A stretch of DNA of 64,000 nt. Origin: Oligoflexia bacterium (lineage in GTDB: Bacteria > Bdellovibrionota > UBA1018 > CAIMNF01). Both the position numbers and the translations under genes were made by a program. The stretch lies in assembly GCA_903845155.1 (NCBI GenBank), contig CAIMWN010000250.1:2550-66549 (forward strand), in the 5' to 3' direction. Shown here piece after piece: positions 16,855 to 27,880 of this stretch; positions within the stretch are counted from its first letter, which is position 1, and each line of letters starts with the position of its first letter. Below the pieces are notes generated by a model. The model was not told where the DNA came from, made no database searches, and was given only the letters and a program-made list of their open reading frames with translations.

Positions 16855-18285
16855 ATGGGCTCCCATGCCAAACACACCATCATATTAAGTGACCTTCATC
16901 TCACCGATGCCGAAATAGGGCGTCCAGGGCGCTCACTGTGGAAGCGATATAAGCGGCCCAAGTATTTTATTGATCAAAGTTTTAGACGGCTACTTGAGTT
17001 TGCAGTTGAAAATGTGAAAGATCAAAAAATTGAGCTAGTCTTAAATGGAGATATCTTTGATTTTGATTCGGTGATGAAGCTTCCTCTTCATACGCGTTCC
17101 AAGATTTCGTGGTTGGAGAAGAAGCGGGGGCTCTTTCCTGAGGAGGAAAAGTCGCGTTTTAAAATGGAAACTATTTTAAGCGATCATCCCATTTGGGTTC
17201 GGGCAATTCGTGATTTTGTAAGAGCCGGTAATGATGTCATTTTTGTGATCGGAAATCACGATATTGAGCTTCATTGGCCTTTGGCACAAAAAGAGGTTTT
17301 AAATTTTTTAGCTTTGAACGAAGAAGAAGAGTTGCGGGTGAAATTTTGTGAATGGTTTTATATCTCAAACGAAGACACCACCATTGAACATGGCAATCAA
17401 TACGACGATTATTGTGTAGCATCAAATCCCATACATCCATTAATAAGGAAGGGGAGGAGAGTTCAAGTGCGACTCCCGTTCGGAAATATAACCAGTCGAT
17501 ACATGGTGAATGGCATGGGATTATTTAATCCGCATGTGGAAAGCTCCTTTCTGATGTCACTTCCTGACTATTTTAGATTTTTCTATCGCTACGCCTTAAG
17601 AGTGCAACCTTGGTTACCGATCACATGGCTTTGGAGTGCGACCACTTCATTCTGGATTGCGCTTTCAGATGGAGTCCTTCCTGCGATGAGGGATCCACTT
17701 TATGTTGAACGGCGAGTGGAGGAGATATCTAAAAAAGCGAACGCGTCGCCAATGATGGTGAGAACGCTTCGCGAGCTTCATTCGCATCCGGCTATCTTTA
17801 ATCCCATTAAAATTGCCCGCGAGCTTTGGCTGGATCGTTTCCTTTTGTTGTCTTTAATCGCGTTTGTGAGTTTTGAGATTTTCGTCGTGACTAACGTCAT
17901 TATTCCTATTTCTTGGATTTGGTTTGTGCTTTTCTTTTTTCTTTTCATTCCATTTCTTATTTTTTACTCACGTGACATTAAGAGTGAAATCATTAAATCG
18001 ATGGAAGAAGCGCTCATCAAGGCGCCTTTAATTGCGCAAATTACCGGCACCAATAGAGTGGTGTTTGGGCACACTCATCGAGAAATTCACACGATGGTGG
18101 ATCAAACTGAAGTTCTAAACACAGGTACCTGGTCTCCGGCGTTTAAAGATCCGGAGTGTCGTGAAAGTTTCGGAAAAAAATGCGTGGTTTGGATTAAATA
18201 TGATGATATTCCAGAAAAGAAGCGTGAAGCAAAATTGTATCTTTGGAATGATCCAGGCCTAGAGGAGATCCCGTGGAAAAAGTAA
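16855..18285 (+). CDS. Membrane-associated calcineurin-like metallophosphoesterase
   Basis: Motifs LSDLHLTD, NGDIFDF, GNHD and GHTH in order. Hydrophobic TM segments lie between the GNHD and GHTH blocks (for example LLLSLIAFVSFEIFVVTNVIIPISWIWFVLFFFLFIPFLIF). Confidence 0.65.
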   Translation: MGSHAKHTIILSDLHLTDAEIGRPGRSLWKRYKRPKYFIDQSFRRLLEFAVENVKDQKIELVLNGDIFDFDSVMKLPLHTRSKISWLEKKRGLFPEEEKSRFKMETILSDHPIWVRAIRDFVRAGNDVIFVIGNHDIELHWPLAQKEVLNFLALNEEEELRVKFCEWFYISNEDTTIEHGNQYDDYCVASNPIHPLIRKGRRVQVRLPFGNITSRYMVNGMGLFNPHVESSFLMSLPDYFRFFYRYALRVQPWLPITWLWSATTSFWIALSDGVLPAMRDPLYVERRVEEISKKANASPMMVRTLRELHSHPAIFNPIKIARELWLDRFLLLSLIAFVSFEIFVVTNVIIPISWIWFVLFFFLFIPFLIFYSRDIKSEIIKSMEEALIKAPLIAQITGTNRVVFGHTHREIHTMVDQTEVLNTGTWSPAFKDPECRESFGKKCVVWIKYDDIPEKKREAKLYLWNDPGLEEIPWKK

Positions 18286-19487
18286 CCTTGGCATCAGTAA
18301 AGCGAGCACAGGATGTCTTAAAGCACATTTTACCTTTTAGTCCCTTGGTAAGAAATGAATGGTTATCAAAAACCTATCATTGCGATGTGTTTTTAAAATT
18401 GGAAACCGCTCAGCCCATTGGGTCGTTTAAGATTAGAGGGGCGACTTATAAAATTTCGCAATTGACTGAGGCTGAGCGCAAGAAAGGTGTGATTGCAGCG
18501 AGCGCCGGAAATCATGCCCAGGGGGTTGCATGGGGTTCGCAGTACTACAAAACCAATGCCCTGATTGTGATGCCGGAGACGGCGCCTTTGATGAAAATTC
18601 ATAACACTCAAGTCTTAGGTGCGACCGTGCATCTGGAAGGCGAGAATTATGAACAGAGTTATCAAGCGGCTTTGAGAATTGCGACTGAAACTGGGCGAAT
18701 TTATGTTCACGCATTTCATGATCCTTTGGTGATTTCGGGACAAGGGACTGCGGCTCTGGAAGTGTTAGAGCAATGTCCTGATGTCGACTACGTGGTGTGT
18801 TCGATTGGTGGCGGAGGATGGATTGGTGGGGCGGGCGTAGTCTTTCGCGAATTGAAACCATCAGTCAGAGTAATTGGATGTCAGGCATCAAATGCAGATT
18901 CGATGGTAAAGTCTTATCAATCAAAACAGATTGTGGAAGCTAAGTACAAAGGTACCTTCGCCGATGGAATCGCCGTTCAAAAAGCCAATCCGGATATGCT
19001 CAATTTATTGAATGAAGTCGTAGATGAGGTTTTTGAAGCAGATGAAGATGAAATCGCAATGAGTGTTCTTCGTTTGATGGAACAAGCAAAAATTGTAGTA
19101 GAGGGAAGTGGTGCCATTGTTTTGGGTGCACTGGATCGCTATCAAAAGGAATTCCAAGGTAAAAAAGTGGTGTTGATGGTGAGCGGCGGAAATATTGATA
19201 TGAATTTACTGTCTAGAATCATTGATCGTGGACTGATGAAGTCGGGGCGAAAAATTCATTTGAAAGTTCAAATTTCAGATCGGCCTGGTTCACTCTCAAA
19301 ACTTACTGCGCTGATAGGGTCTCTTAAGGCCAATATTTTGCAAGCCACTCATGATCGTTCCGAGATGAGTATTAAATTTGATGAAACTGAGGTTGAATTG
19401 ATGCTAGAGACACGTGGACCAGAGCATTCCACAGAGGTGATTACTGCACTCGAAAAACACTGTATTCGCGTGCAATTAATGAAATAG
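18273..19487 (+). CDS. ilvA: Threonine ammonia-lyase (threonine dehydratase), short form with C-terminal ACT-like domain
   Basis: PLP-lysine motif GSFKIRGA, Gly loop CSIGGGGWIGG, C-terminal regulatory domain of about 80 aa. Overlaps the upstream gene by 13 nt. Confidence 0.85.
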   Translation: MEKVTLASVKRAQDVLKHILPFSPLVRNEWLSKTYHCDVFLKLETAQPIGSFKIRGATYKISQLTEAERKKGVIAASAGNHAQGVAWGSQYYKTNALIVMPETAPLMKIHNTQVLGATVHLEGENYEQSYQAALRIATETGRIYVHAFHDPLVISGQGTAALEVLEQCPDVDYVVCSIGGGGWIGGAGVVFRELKPSVRVIGCQASNADSMVKSYQSKQIVEAKYKGTFADGIAVQKANPDMLNLLNEVVDEVFEADEDEIAMSVLRLMEQAKIVVEGSGAIVLGALDRYQKEFQGKKVVLMVSGGNIDMNLLSRIIDRGLMKSGRKIHLKVQISDRPGSLSKLTALIGSLKANILQATHDRSEMSIKFDETEVELMLETRGPEHSTEVITALEKHCIRVQLMK

Positions 19488-19496
19488 AATCGCCCT

Positions 19497-20945
19497 TTAT
19501 TTCTTGAGGAGTGCCTTTTGTACTTCTTCCCGATCATCGAAGTGTACCTTTTCTAGGCCATGAGGAGTCGCTACTATCTGATAGGTTTCATGGCCTTTTC
19601 CCGCAATCATCACAATATCTCCTCGATTTGCAAGTCGGATAGCGGTTTCAATAGCGAGCCCTCGATCGGGAATGACCTGGTAGTTCTTGGTTTGAATGCC
19701 GCCTTCAATCTCTTTTAAAATTTCATTTGGATTTTCGCTACGTGGATTGTCATTCGTTAAAATCACTAGGTCAGACAGTCGGGTGGCGATGTCTCCCATT
19801 ACTGGGCGCTTGGTTTTGTCGCGGTCTCCACCACAGCCGAAAACGGTAATCAGTTTTTGCCCCTCCCTGAATCTCTCCAAGGTTGGTTTTACAGAAAGGA
19901 GAACTTTCTCAAGTGCTTCAGGTTTATGTGCGTAATCGACAAAAGTGAAAATCCCTTCCTCGTTTGGAATGTATTCCATTCGACCGGGCACTCCTGAAAA
20001 ATGGGGGAGGGTCGCGCAAGCTTCCTCCACATCGATCCCCAGCCCGGCGACAATGGAAAGCGCTGCAAGTATGTTTTCAATTTGGAAGGTTCCAAAGAGC
20101 GGACAGGATACGGGGACCCATTTGCGGTTCAACTTCATTTCCGCTTCGATTCCAGTTGCGGTATTCCTTAAGTTTCGGACTTGCTCTCTTATGGAATAGG
20201 GATGAATGTTTTTGTTTTCCTTAATTAAGCGCGCGCCATAGCTACGGTCTTGATTGCTTACCGCATAGAAGTTCTTCCCGATGTTCTTTGAGTACTCTGC
20301 ATGCTCAGTAAAGAGCAGGGCCTTTGCTTTAAAATAATGTTCGAGGGTCGGATGATAATCCATGTGCTCAGGGCTCAAATTGAGAAATACAGCGCCATCC
20401 CAAGCGATTCCCCAAGTGCGCTCCTGATCGAGTGCGTGTGAAGAAACTTCCATCACCACGTGTGTGGCTCCTTGCTCTTGAACGGTCTTGAACCATTTTT
20501 GCAGCGTTACTGGGTCTGGAGTAGTGTTTGACGTTTCCGTTTCGTAGCCCTTGAAATAACCGCCGTTGGTACCGAGGCGCGCACACGAATATCCGCAGGC
20601 ATTCAAGAGGTGATGAATGAGATAAGTGGTAGTGGTCTTTCCGCTCGTACCGGTGACTCCGATCATCTTTAAAGTATGAGTGGGGTTTCCTGCCATTTGG
20701 CTAGCTAGCTCACCCAGTTTTTTTCGGGTCTCTTTACCCAGAATAGTAATTTTGCAATGCGCGCTCTGTGTGGGTGTCAGTTTTATTTTTGGATCTTCCT
20801 CACAATAAATTTGAGATGCTCCCGCGAGGACAGCATCTTTTACAAAAAGATGCCCGTCGAATTTTGCTCCTTTGAGAGCAAAAAAAATGGACCCCTTTTT
20901 AACTTCCTTCGAGTTTGCGGTGACATGGATCAAGGACTCGGTCAT
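19497..20945 (-). CDS. murE: UDP-MurNAc-L-Ala-D-Glu--meso-2,6-diaminopimelate ligase MurE
   Basis: GVTGTSGKTTT P-loop. DNPRSE, the DNPR motif associated with meso-DAP specificity. The ATG lies 2 nt after the ftsI stop. Confidence 0.92.
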   Translation of the reverse strand: MTESLIHVTANSKEVKKGSIFFALKGAKFDGHLFVKDAVLAGASQIYCEEDPKIKLTPTQSAHCKITILGKETRKKLGELASQMAGNPTHTLKMIGVTGTSGKTTTTYLIHHLLNACGYSCARLGTNGGYFKGYETETSNTTPDPVTLQKWFKTVQEQGATHVVMEVSSHALDQERTWGIAWDGAVFLNLSPEHMDYHPTLEHYFKAKALLFTEHAEYSKNIGKNFYAVSNQDRSYGARLIKENKNIHPYSIREQVRNLRNTATGIEAEMKLNRKWVPVSCPLFGTFQIENILAALSIVAGLGIDVEEACATLPHFSGVPGRMEYIPNEEGIFTFVDYAHKPEALEKVLLSVKPTLERFREGQKLITVFGCGGDRDKTKRPVMGDIATRLSDLVILTNDNPRSENPNEILKEIEGGIQTKNYQVIPDRGLAIETAIRLANRGDIVMIAGKGHETYQIVATPHGLEKVHFDDREEVQKALLKK

Positions 20946-20947
20946 GA

Positions 20948-22969
20948 CTACTCCTCAAGGAAAAAAGTAACACGGAGATGAGGAGAAAGAACAGAGCCGC
21001 TTTCTGGAGATTGATGTTTAATGAGTCCAAAACCATGAATTTGGACTTGAGGCAGAAATGGTTTTAATGAACGAATTGCCTCTTGCGGCGTGAGTCCAAT
21101 GAGAGAAGGCATGACGGGGTGGTCAAGATTCACTTCCTTTGAGCTTTCAACCGATTGCGCACTTACTTCGGCACTGGATTGCGCAATTTGAATACTTTCA
21201 TTTGCAATGAGTGCTTCTTTTTTACTCGGTGCTGGGGTGCCCTGCACTAAAGGAATTTCCATTTTTTCTGTAGTAGGAATACTGAAGCGACTGACTGTTT
21301 GTTTTAACACTTGGGAGAAAAGTGGTGCGGCAGTTTCGCCACCGTAATAAATTCCTTTTGGATGATCTAAGAGTGCAAGAATGGTGATCGGTTGTTTTAC
21401 GCCAACCGGATAACCAATAAAAGAAGCAATGTATCTTGAAGTGGAGTAGCGCTTCGTGTGTGGGTCAACTGTTTGGGCAGTTCCTGTTTTACCAGCGATC
21501 AGATACCCTTCGAGTCTCGCCTTTTTACCTGTTCCCTTTTCGTCTTCAGTAACGTTGACGAGCGCTTCAGTCGCATCTCTCACCGCGCCCTGTTTGAAAA
21601 GAGGGACTTCATTTATCTTTTCATTTTCTTTTCGTTTGAGAAGGGTAGGCTCAACTAAAAAGCCACCGTTTGAAAGTGCAGCATATGCACGAATCATCTG
21701 CATGGGAGTGACCATGATGCTTTGACCAAATCCCATGGTAGCGAGGGTGAGGGGCTTAATATTTTTAGCGGTACCAGGCATCCAGCCAGAAATCTCACCT
21801 GGGAGTTGACTCCCTGTTTTGGCGCCGAATCCCATTTCTTTTAAGGAGGCGAGGTAGCGTTCAGCGCCAAACTTGAGTGCAAGTTCTGCTGCAACCACAT
21901 TGCTTGATACGGTGACCATTTTTTTAAGTGTGATGTATCCAAATTTTTCGTGAGCCTCAGCTTCGCTGATGGTTCTCTTTTGAATGACGAATTTTCCGTA
22001 GTGACCAAAAAGTTGGTCACTGAGCTTAACTACACCCTTGTTGATTGCTGATGCAAGCATGAGGGGTTTCATGGTTGAACCAGGTTCATAGCCATCCGTA
22101 ACAGCCATTACTTTTTTAACTCCGCGGCCTGTTCCTGCGCTTGATGCTTGTGCAAGCGCGAGGATTTCACCAGTCTTGGAATCCATGACCATTACGGTTC
22201 CGCTCTGAGCCCGAGTTTTAATCATGGCGTCTTGCAGTGATTCCTCAACCGAATACTGAAGTGAAGCATCAATGCTGAGATCAATGTTTTCTCCATCTTG
22301 TGTTTTGGTTTGTGCATTCATTTGGTAAAGAGCGGGTCTGCCGAGTGCGTCTTTAAATGCATCAAAGGAAGCACCTTTCCCGGCCAATTTCTTATTAAGC
22401 CAGAGTTCTACGCCTTCGAGTCCTTCTGTATCAACATTTACGGAACCAATGAGAGATTGAGCCATCTCACCATGGGGATAAACCCGTTTCATCTCTTTAA
22501 CAATCCAAAGGCCCTCGGGCATGTCACCGTTTGCTTGAAGGATTCCGGCTTTTCTAAAGCGATTAATACGATCTTCACTGACGTGACGTTCGAACCAAAT
22601 GAATGCTCTCTTCGCATCTAGTTTTTTCTTCAACACTTGCGGTGAGGTGCCTAGTGCATGGGCTAATAAATGAAGAGTCGATCTTGATTTTAAAATTTTA
22701 GAAGGATTGCCTGCGAGGCTTGAAGTTTCAAGGTTGATGGCGAGTGCTTCGCCTGTACGATCTACGATCAGTCCGCGCCTTGGTTTGATCATGATTTTAG
22801 ACTGAAATTGTTTCTTACCCAAGTTTTCGAGTTTCGTTTCTCCGATGATTTGCAACTTGAGTGATCGGCATAACATTCCAACTGAAATTAAAGCAAACAA
22901 GCCAATCACGAGGCTTAAGCGGATGCGGATAGAAGGCGTTTGATGAAATGCGGCCGAGCGCGAACTCAA
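20948..22969 (-). CDS. ftsI: Class B penicillin-binding protein FtsI (PBP3-like) with C-terminal PASTA-like domain
   Basis: TTG start. N-terminal TM anchor. Transpeptidase motifs STMK (SxxK), SSN (SxN) and KTGTA (KTG). The last 55 aa, VMPSLIGLTPQEAIRSLK...GLIKHQSPESGSVL..., look like a PASTA domain. Confidence 0.9.
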   Translation of the reverse strand: MSSRSAAFHQTPSIRIRLSLVIGLFALISVGMLCRSLKLQIIGETKLENLGKKQFQSKIMIKPRRGLIVDRTGEALAINLETSSLAGNPSKILKSRSTLHLLAHALGTSPQVLKKKLDAKRAFIWFERHVSEDRINRFRKAGILQANGDMPEGLWIVKEMKRVYPHGEMAQSLIGSVNVDTEGLEGVELWLNKKLAGKGASFDAFKDALGRPALYQMNAQTKTQDGENIDLSIDASLQYSVEESLQDAMIKTRAQSGTVMVMDSKTGEILALAQASSAGTGRGVKKVMAVTDGYEPGSTMKPLMLASAINKGVVKLSDQLFGHYGKFVIQKRTISEAEAHEKFGYITLKKMVTVSSNVVAAELALKFGAERYLASLKEMGFGAKTGSQLPGEISGWMPGTAKNIKPLTLATMGFGQSIMVTPMQMIRAYAALSNGGFLVEPTLLKRKENEKINEVPLFKQGAVRDATEALVNVTEDEKGTGKKARLEGYLIAGKTGTAQTVDPHTKRYSTSRYIASFIGYPVGVKQPITILALLDHPKGIYYGGETAAPLFSQVLKQTVSRFSIPTTEKMEIPLVQGTPAPSKKEALIANESIQIAQSSAEVSAQSVESSKEVNLDHPVMPSLIGLTPQEAIRSLKPFLPQVQIHGFGLIKHQSPESGSVLSPHLRVTFFLEE

Positions 22970-22973
22970 ATAT

Positions 22974-23249
22974 TCATTCTTTCAATTGGATCATGCGATC
23001 CGGAGTAGGGGGGGTTAATTTAAATTTTGATTTTGCAAGTGCCTCTAGTCTTCTGGGTGAGCGTGCTTGAGCAACTTTAAGTTCGAGGCGTTCGCTTTCA
23101 AGTTTAAGATTGTTGAGTGTTTTGTTTGCTTGATTAAGTTCGTAAGTAGTTTGAACAACGGTAAGTCTGAGCCATACCGTGGCAAAAGCAAAAAGGATCA
23201 ACACTGGAATGGTCCACATTGGGAAAAATCTTTTCATGACTAAGCTCAA
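22974..23249 (-). CDS. ftsL: Cell-division protein FtsL-like
   Basis: 91 aa. One TM segment (WTIPVLILFAFATVWLRLTVV) followed by a coiled-coil-like region. Sits in the canonical position between rsmH and ftsI. Confidence 0.65.
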   Translation of the reverse strand: MSLVMKRFFPMWTIPVLILFAFATVWLRLTVVQTTYELNQANKTLNNLKLESERLELKVAQARSPRRLEALAKSKFKLTPPTPDRMIQLKE

Positions 23250-23401
23250 GTGTAACTTGGTTTTTATTGCGAGGCAATAAAAGTTGGCCCGTTGGTCTAC
23301 GCTGAGTTCTCCGGCCTGCTTCGCAACTCACGCTTCAGCTCCTGCCGCAGCGTTTTACTTTAATTGAGTGTCATAAAAATGGCGCAGGAGAATGAGCTAA
23401 A

Positions 23402-24328
23402 TTATTTTTTGATGGCGAGTCGAAGCTTCGCACTTCGAGAGCGAGAGTTGGCCTCAACTTCTTCATCAGAGGCTTGGATCGCTTTTTTGAAGGGGAGTTC
23501 GTAATTTTCTCTTACTCTAAATGTTTCCTTCACTTGTCGGTCTTCTAGTGAATGAAAGGAAAGGATCGCCAAACGACCACCGGGCGCTACTTTAGGAAAT
23601 ACATCGCGAATTAAAAGTTCGAGTTCATTCAATTCCTGGTTGATAAAAATTCTGAGCGCTTGGAAAGTACGGGTCGCTGGATGAATGCCCTTGTGTCTCA
23701 TGGCAGGAGGGAAAGATGCGGCAACCGCGTCGCCTAACTCGAGCGTGTTTTTGGGTAAAATCCCACGCGATCGGAGGTCGATCAGTCGGCGGGCGATTTT
23801 TCTCGAAAGACGTTCTTCCCCATATTTCCAGATTACGTCTGAAAGCTCACTTTCGCTCACGTCTCCCAGGTAGTCCTGAAGTGAAATACCCGCTTTGGTA
23901 TTCATGCGCATGTCGAGGGGGGCCGGATATCGAAAGCTAAACCCGCGGGTTTGGGAGTCGATCTGGTCACTCGAGATTCCCAAATCAGCGAGAAGTCCAT
24001 AAATTGGCCGATCTCCCACTGCTTCGAGCGCTTGGCTAAAAGACGCATGAACGACTTCAATCAAGCCCAGGCTGATCTCTTCGGCAAATCGAACTTGGTC
24101 CCTCACGATGGCGTCAGGATCGCGGTCGATACCAATAATTCGATGCTTTGCGCGGCGCCCCAATTTGCTGAGAATGTTTGCGGAATGACCTCCGCCGCCC
24201 AGAGTACAATCTAAAATTACCCCGCTTGGCGCGGATTCTGGTAAATTTTGGATTCCCTCGACTAAGAAGTGAGAAATGGGTTCCAGTAAAATGGGGATGT
24301 GATGGGTCTGTGATTCCAACATAATCAA
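23402..24328 (-). CDS. rsmH: 16S rRNA (cytosine1402-N4)-methyltransferase RsmH
   Basis: 308 aa. HIPILLEP near the N-terminus, DCTLGGGGHS SAM motif, colinear with RsmH/MraW. Confidence 0.92.
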   Translation of the reverse strand: MIMLESQTHHIPILLEPISHFLVEGIQNLPESAPSGVILDCTLGGGGHSANILSKLGRRAKHRIIGIDRDPDAIVRDQVRFAEEISLGLIEVVHASFSQALEAVGDRPIYGLLADLGISSDQIDSQTRGFSFRYPAPLDMRMNTKAGISLQDYLGDVSESELSDVIWKYGEERLSRKIARRLIDLRSRGILPKNTLELGDAVAASFPPAMRHKGIHPATRTFQALRIFINQELNELELLIRDVFPKVAPGGRLAILSFHSLEDRQVKETFRVRENYELPFKKAIQASDEEVEANSRSRSAKLRLAIKK

Positions 24329-24372
24329 TAATTTCGCTTGTTTCGGCGTTCTCCACTGAGTAACCTGTTAAC

Positions 24373-26233
<1,861 letters not shown>

Positions 26234-26259
26234 TTCCTTGCAGTTTGAGGCTGACATCG

Positions 26260-27762
26260 CTATTTCTGAGTATCTCGACTCATTTTTACTAAATCATTCA
26301 CAACAATAGACAGTGCCTGGGGTTTAAGCTCTTGATATAAAACTCCAGCATTGTGTCCCTGTGCATCGTACCTGTAGATGGTGTAACGATTCTTCACTGC
26401 CTTTTGGTGGAGTGTGATCAGTGCACTTCGATCGAGCTTGTGGATATCAGTGCCAATCGGTGGATCCACAATTGAAAATGCAATGGGTTCATCGTATTTA
26501 AATCTCCAAATAAACCCAGGAAAGCTTGGGGTGTTAACTAAAGTGTTGCCGTGATTTGCTTCACCTTCATTTGGATCTTCTTCCGGCGTTTCTTCCTTTT
26601 GACTGATCCATTCGCCTCCCAGTACCTCTCCTTGTTCACTCAGCTCTAAATCATAAGTAAAATCCAATGTCCTGATTTTGTCGTTTCGTTCGGAGTCTTC
26701 CACGCTATGGCTAGGGTGGGAACCGTGAATATAACTGATGGTCATATTTACACCCACGAGTGATTTTGTTTTAGCATTCCTGAATCTGGCAAAGGGGTCA
26801 TGTGGAAGAGCGGAGAGAGGAACGATTGAACTTTGTAAATCCCCATCATTCAGTGTTTTTGGATTAAAATAAGTGAACGAGTACCCTGATATGGGTTGAT
26901 TCCAAACTTCGGTGCTTTGATTGCGATTCACGATAAACGAAGTTTTTTGAACACCAATCAGTTGGAGAATTCCAAGATGGAAAACACCTGGGTTTACCCC
27001 TCTGCAGTTTTCGTCGATGACGTGTCCGCTGGGCCTATCAATTTCGGGTTTACCTGAGTAACAGCGACTTCCCGCGAACACGGTCGCATCCTGAATATAG
27101 GAGTTTGCCCAAACTAGAGTCTCGAGTGCTTTTAGGTCGTCTGGATAAAATGGAATGAGGTATTTACCATCGAGTGACATCACCGTAATGAGTTTTTCAG
27201 GACGAGGACTAAAAATAGAGGCGCTCGACCAACCCTGACAACTTCCTTCCCAATTTTCAATCTTTCCAAAGCGGTTGAAGCTTTCGCGCGCACTTTGCCA
27301 AATTGCATGGGTAAGCGAAAAAGATGCGTCCCCCAGATACAAATCGTACTTTTCGGAAGGACCGAAGTCTTCGATTTCATTCGGGCTCAGCTGATCAATT
27401 TCCTCGCTGATCTTTTGCATGCGATTTTGAAAACGGCGCTCAAATTTTTGAAACTTTCCCATCATGCCTAAAAAATTTTTCCAATCTTGTTTTGGGCTGG
27501 CGACAGATCCTTTCAAGAGTGGCCAATAGTATCCTGACCAGGGCTGCGTTTTAACCGTTCCCTCTTGTCCCGCTTTTTGATTGAGCGGAAACAGCTGCGT
27601 TGAAGCGTTCGTCGCATTGAGAAACGCGGAATAAGTCTGAGCGACTCTCTGATCGTTGGGATCTTCCACGCTTTTCGCATGGGAAAGAGCTGCGTTTAAT
27701 AGAAAGAAAATGGACCAAACAGATACGGAGATTAGTCCTAATGGATTGTGTTTTTTTTGCAT
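26260..27762 (-). CDS. Secreted protein resembling the GP42 transglutaminase-elicitor family
   Basis: Signal peptide (...LLNAALSHA/K). EVWNQPISGYSFTY (aa 285-298) closely resembles the Pep-13 segment VWNQPVRGFKVYE of Phytophthora GP42 transglutaminase. Candidate nucleophile in GSCQGWSSA (Cys175). Confidence 0.55.
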   Translation of the reverse strand: MQKKHNPLGLISVSVWSIFFLLNAALSHAKSVEDPNDQRVAQTYSAFLNATNASTQLFPLNQKAGQEGTVKTQPWSGYYWPLLKGSVASPKQDWKNFLGMMGKFQKFERRFQNRMQKISEEIDQLSPNEIEDFGPSEKYDLYLGDASFSLTHAIWQSARESFNRFGKIENWEGSCQGWSSASIFSPRPEKLITVMSLDGKYLIPFYPDDLKALETLVWANSYIQDATVFAGSRCYSGKPEIDRPSGHVIDENCRGVNPGVFHLGILQLIGVQKTSFIVNRNQSTEVWNQPISGYSFTYFNPKTLNDGDLQSSIVPLSALPHDPFARFRNAKTKSLVGVNMTISYIHGSHPSHSVEDSERNDKIRTLDFTYDLELSEQGEVLGGEWISQKEETPEEDPNEGEANHGNTLVNTPSFPGFIWRFKYDEPIAFSIVDPPIGTDIHKLDRSALITLHQKAVKNRYTIYRYDAQGHNAGVLYQELKPQALSIVVNDLVKMSRDTQK

Positions 27763-27880
27763 GTGACCCTCGTGCCCTAGTTGTGTGTGAAAAGGGGCGG
27801 TTAGGCCAATTAAGTTACCTTAATAGTGAATACATCTGTAATTCCGGGCTCCTTTACGAAACCTATAAATTGAGGTAAGT

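Noticed and set aside
18433-18861. 142-aa minus-strand ORF. Similar antisense ORFs lie at 48408-48836 (+), 45929-46381 (-), 36734-37252 (-) and 31570-31944 (-).
   Set aside because: All are antisense to strongly supported genes (ilvA, the chitosanase, the Rossmann and Fe-S genes, the esterase and its upstream gene, hutI) and have unprotein-like composition.
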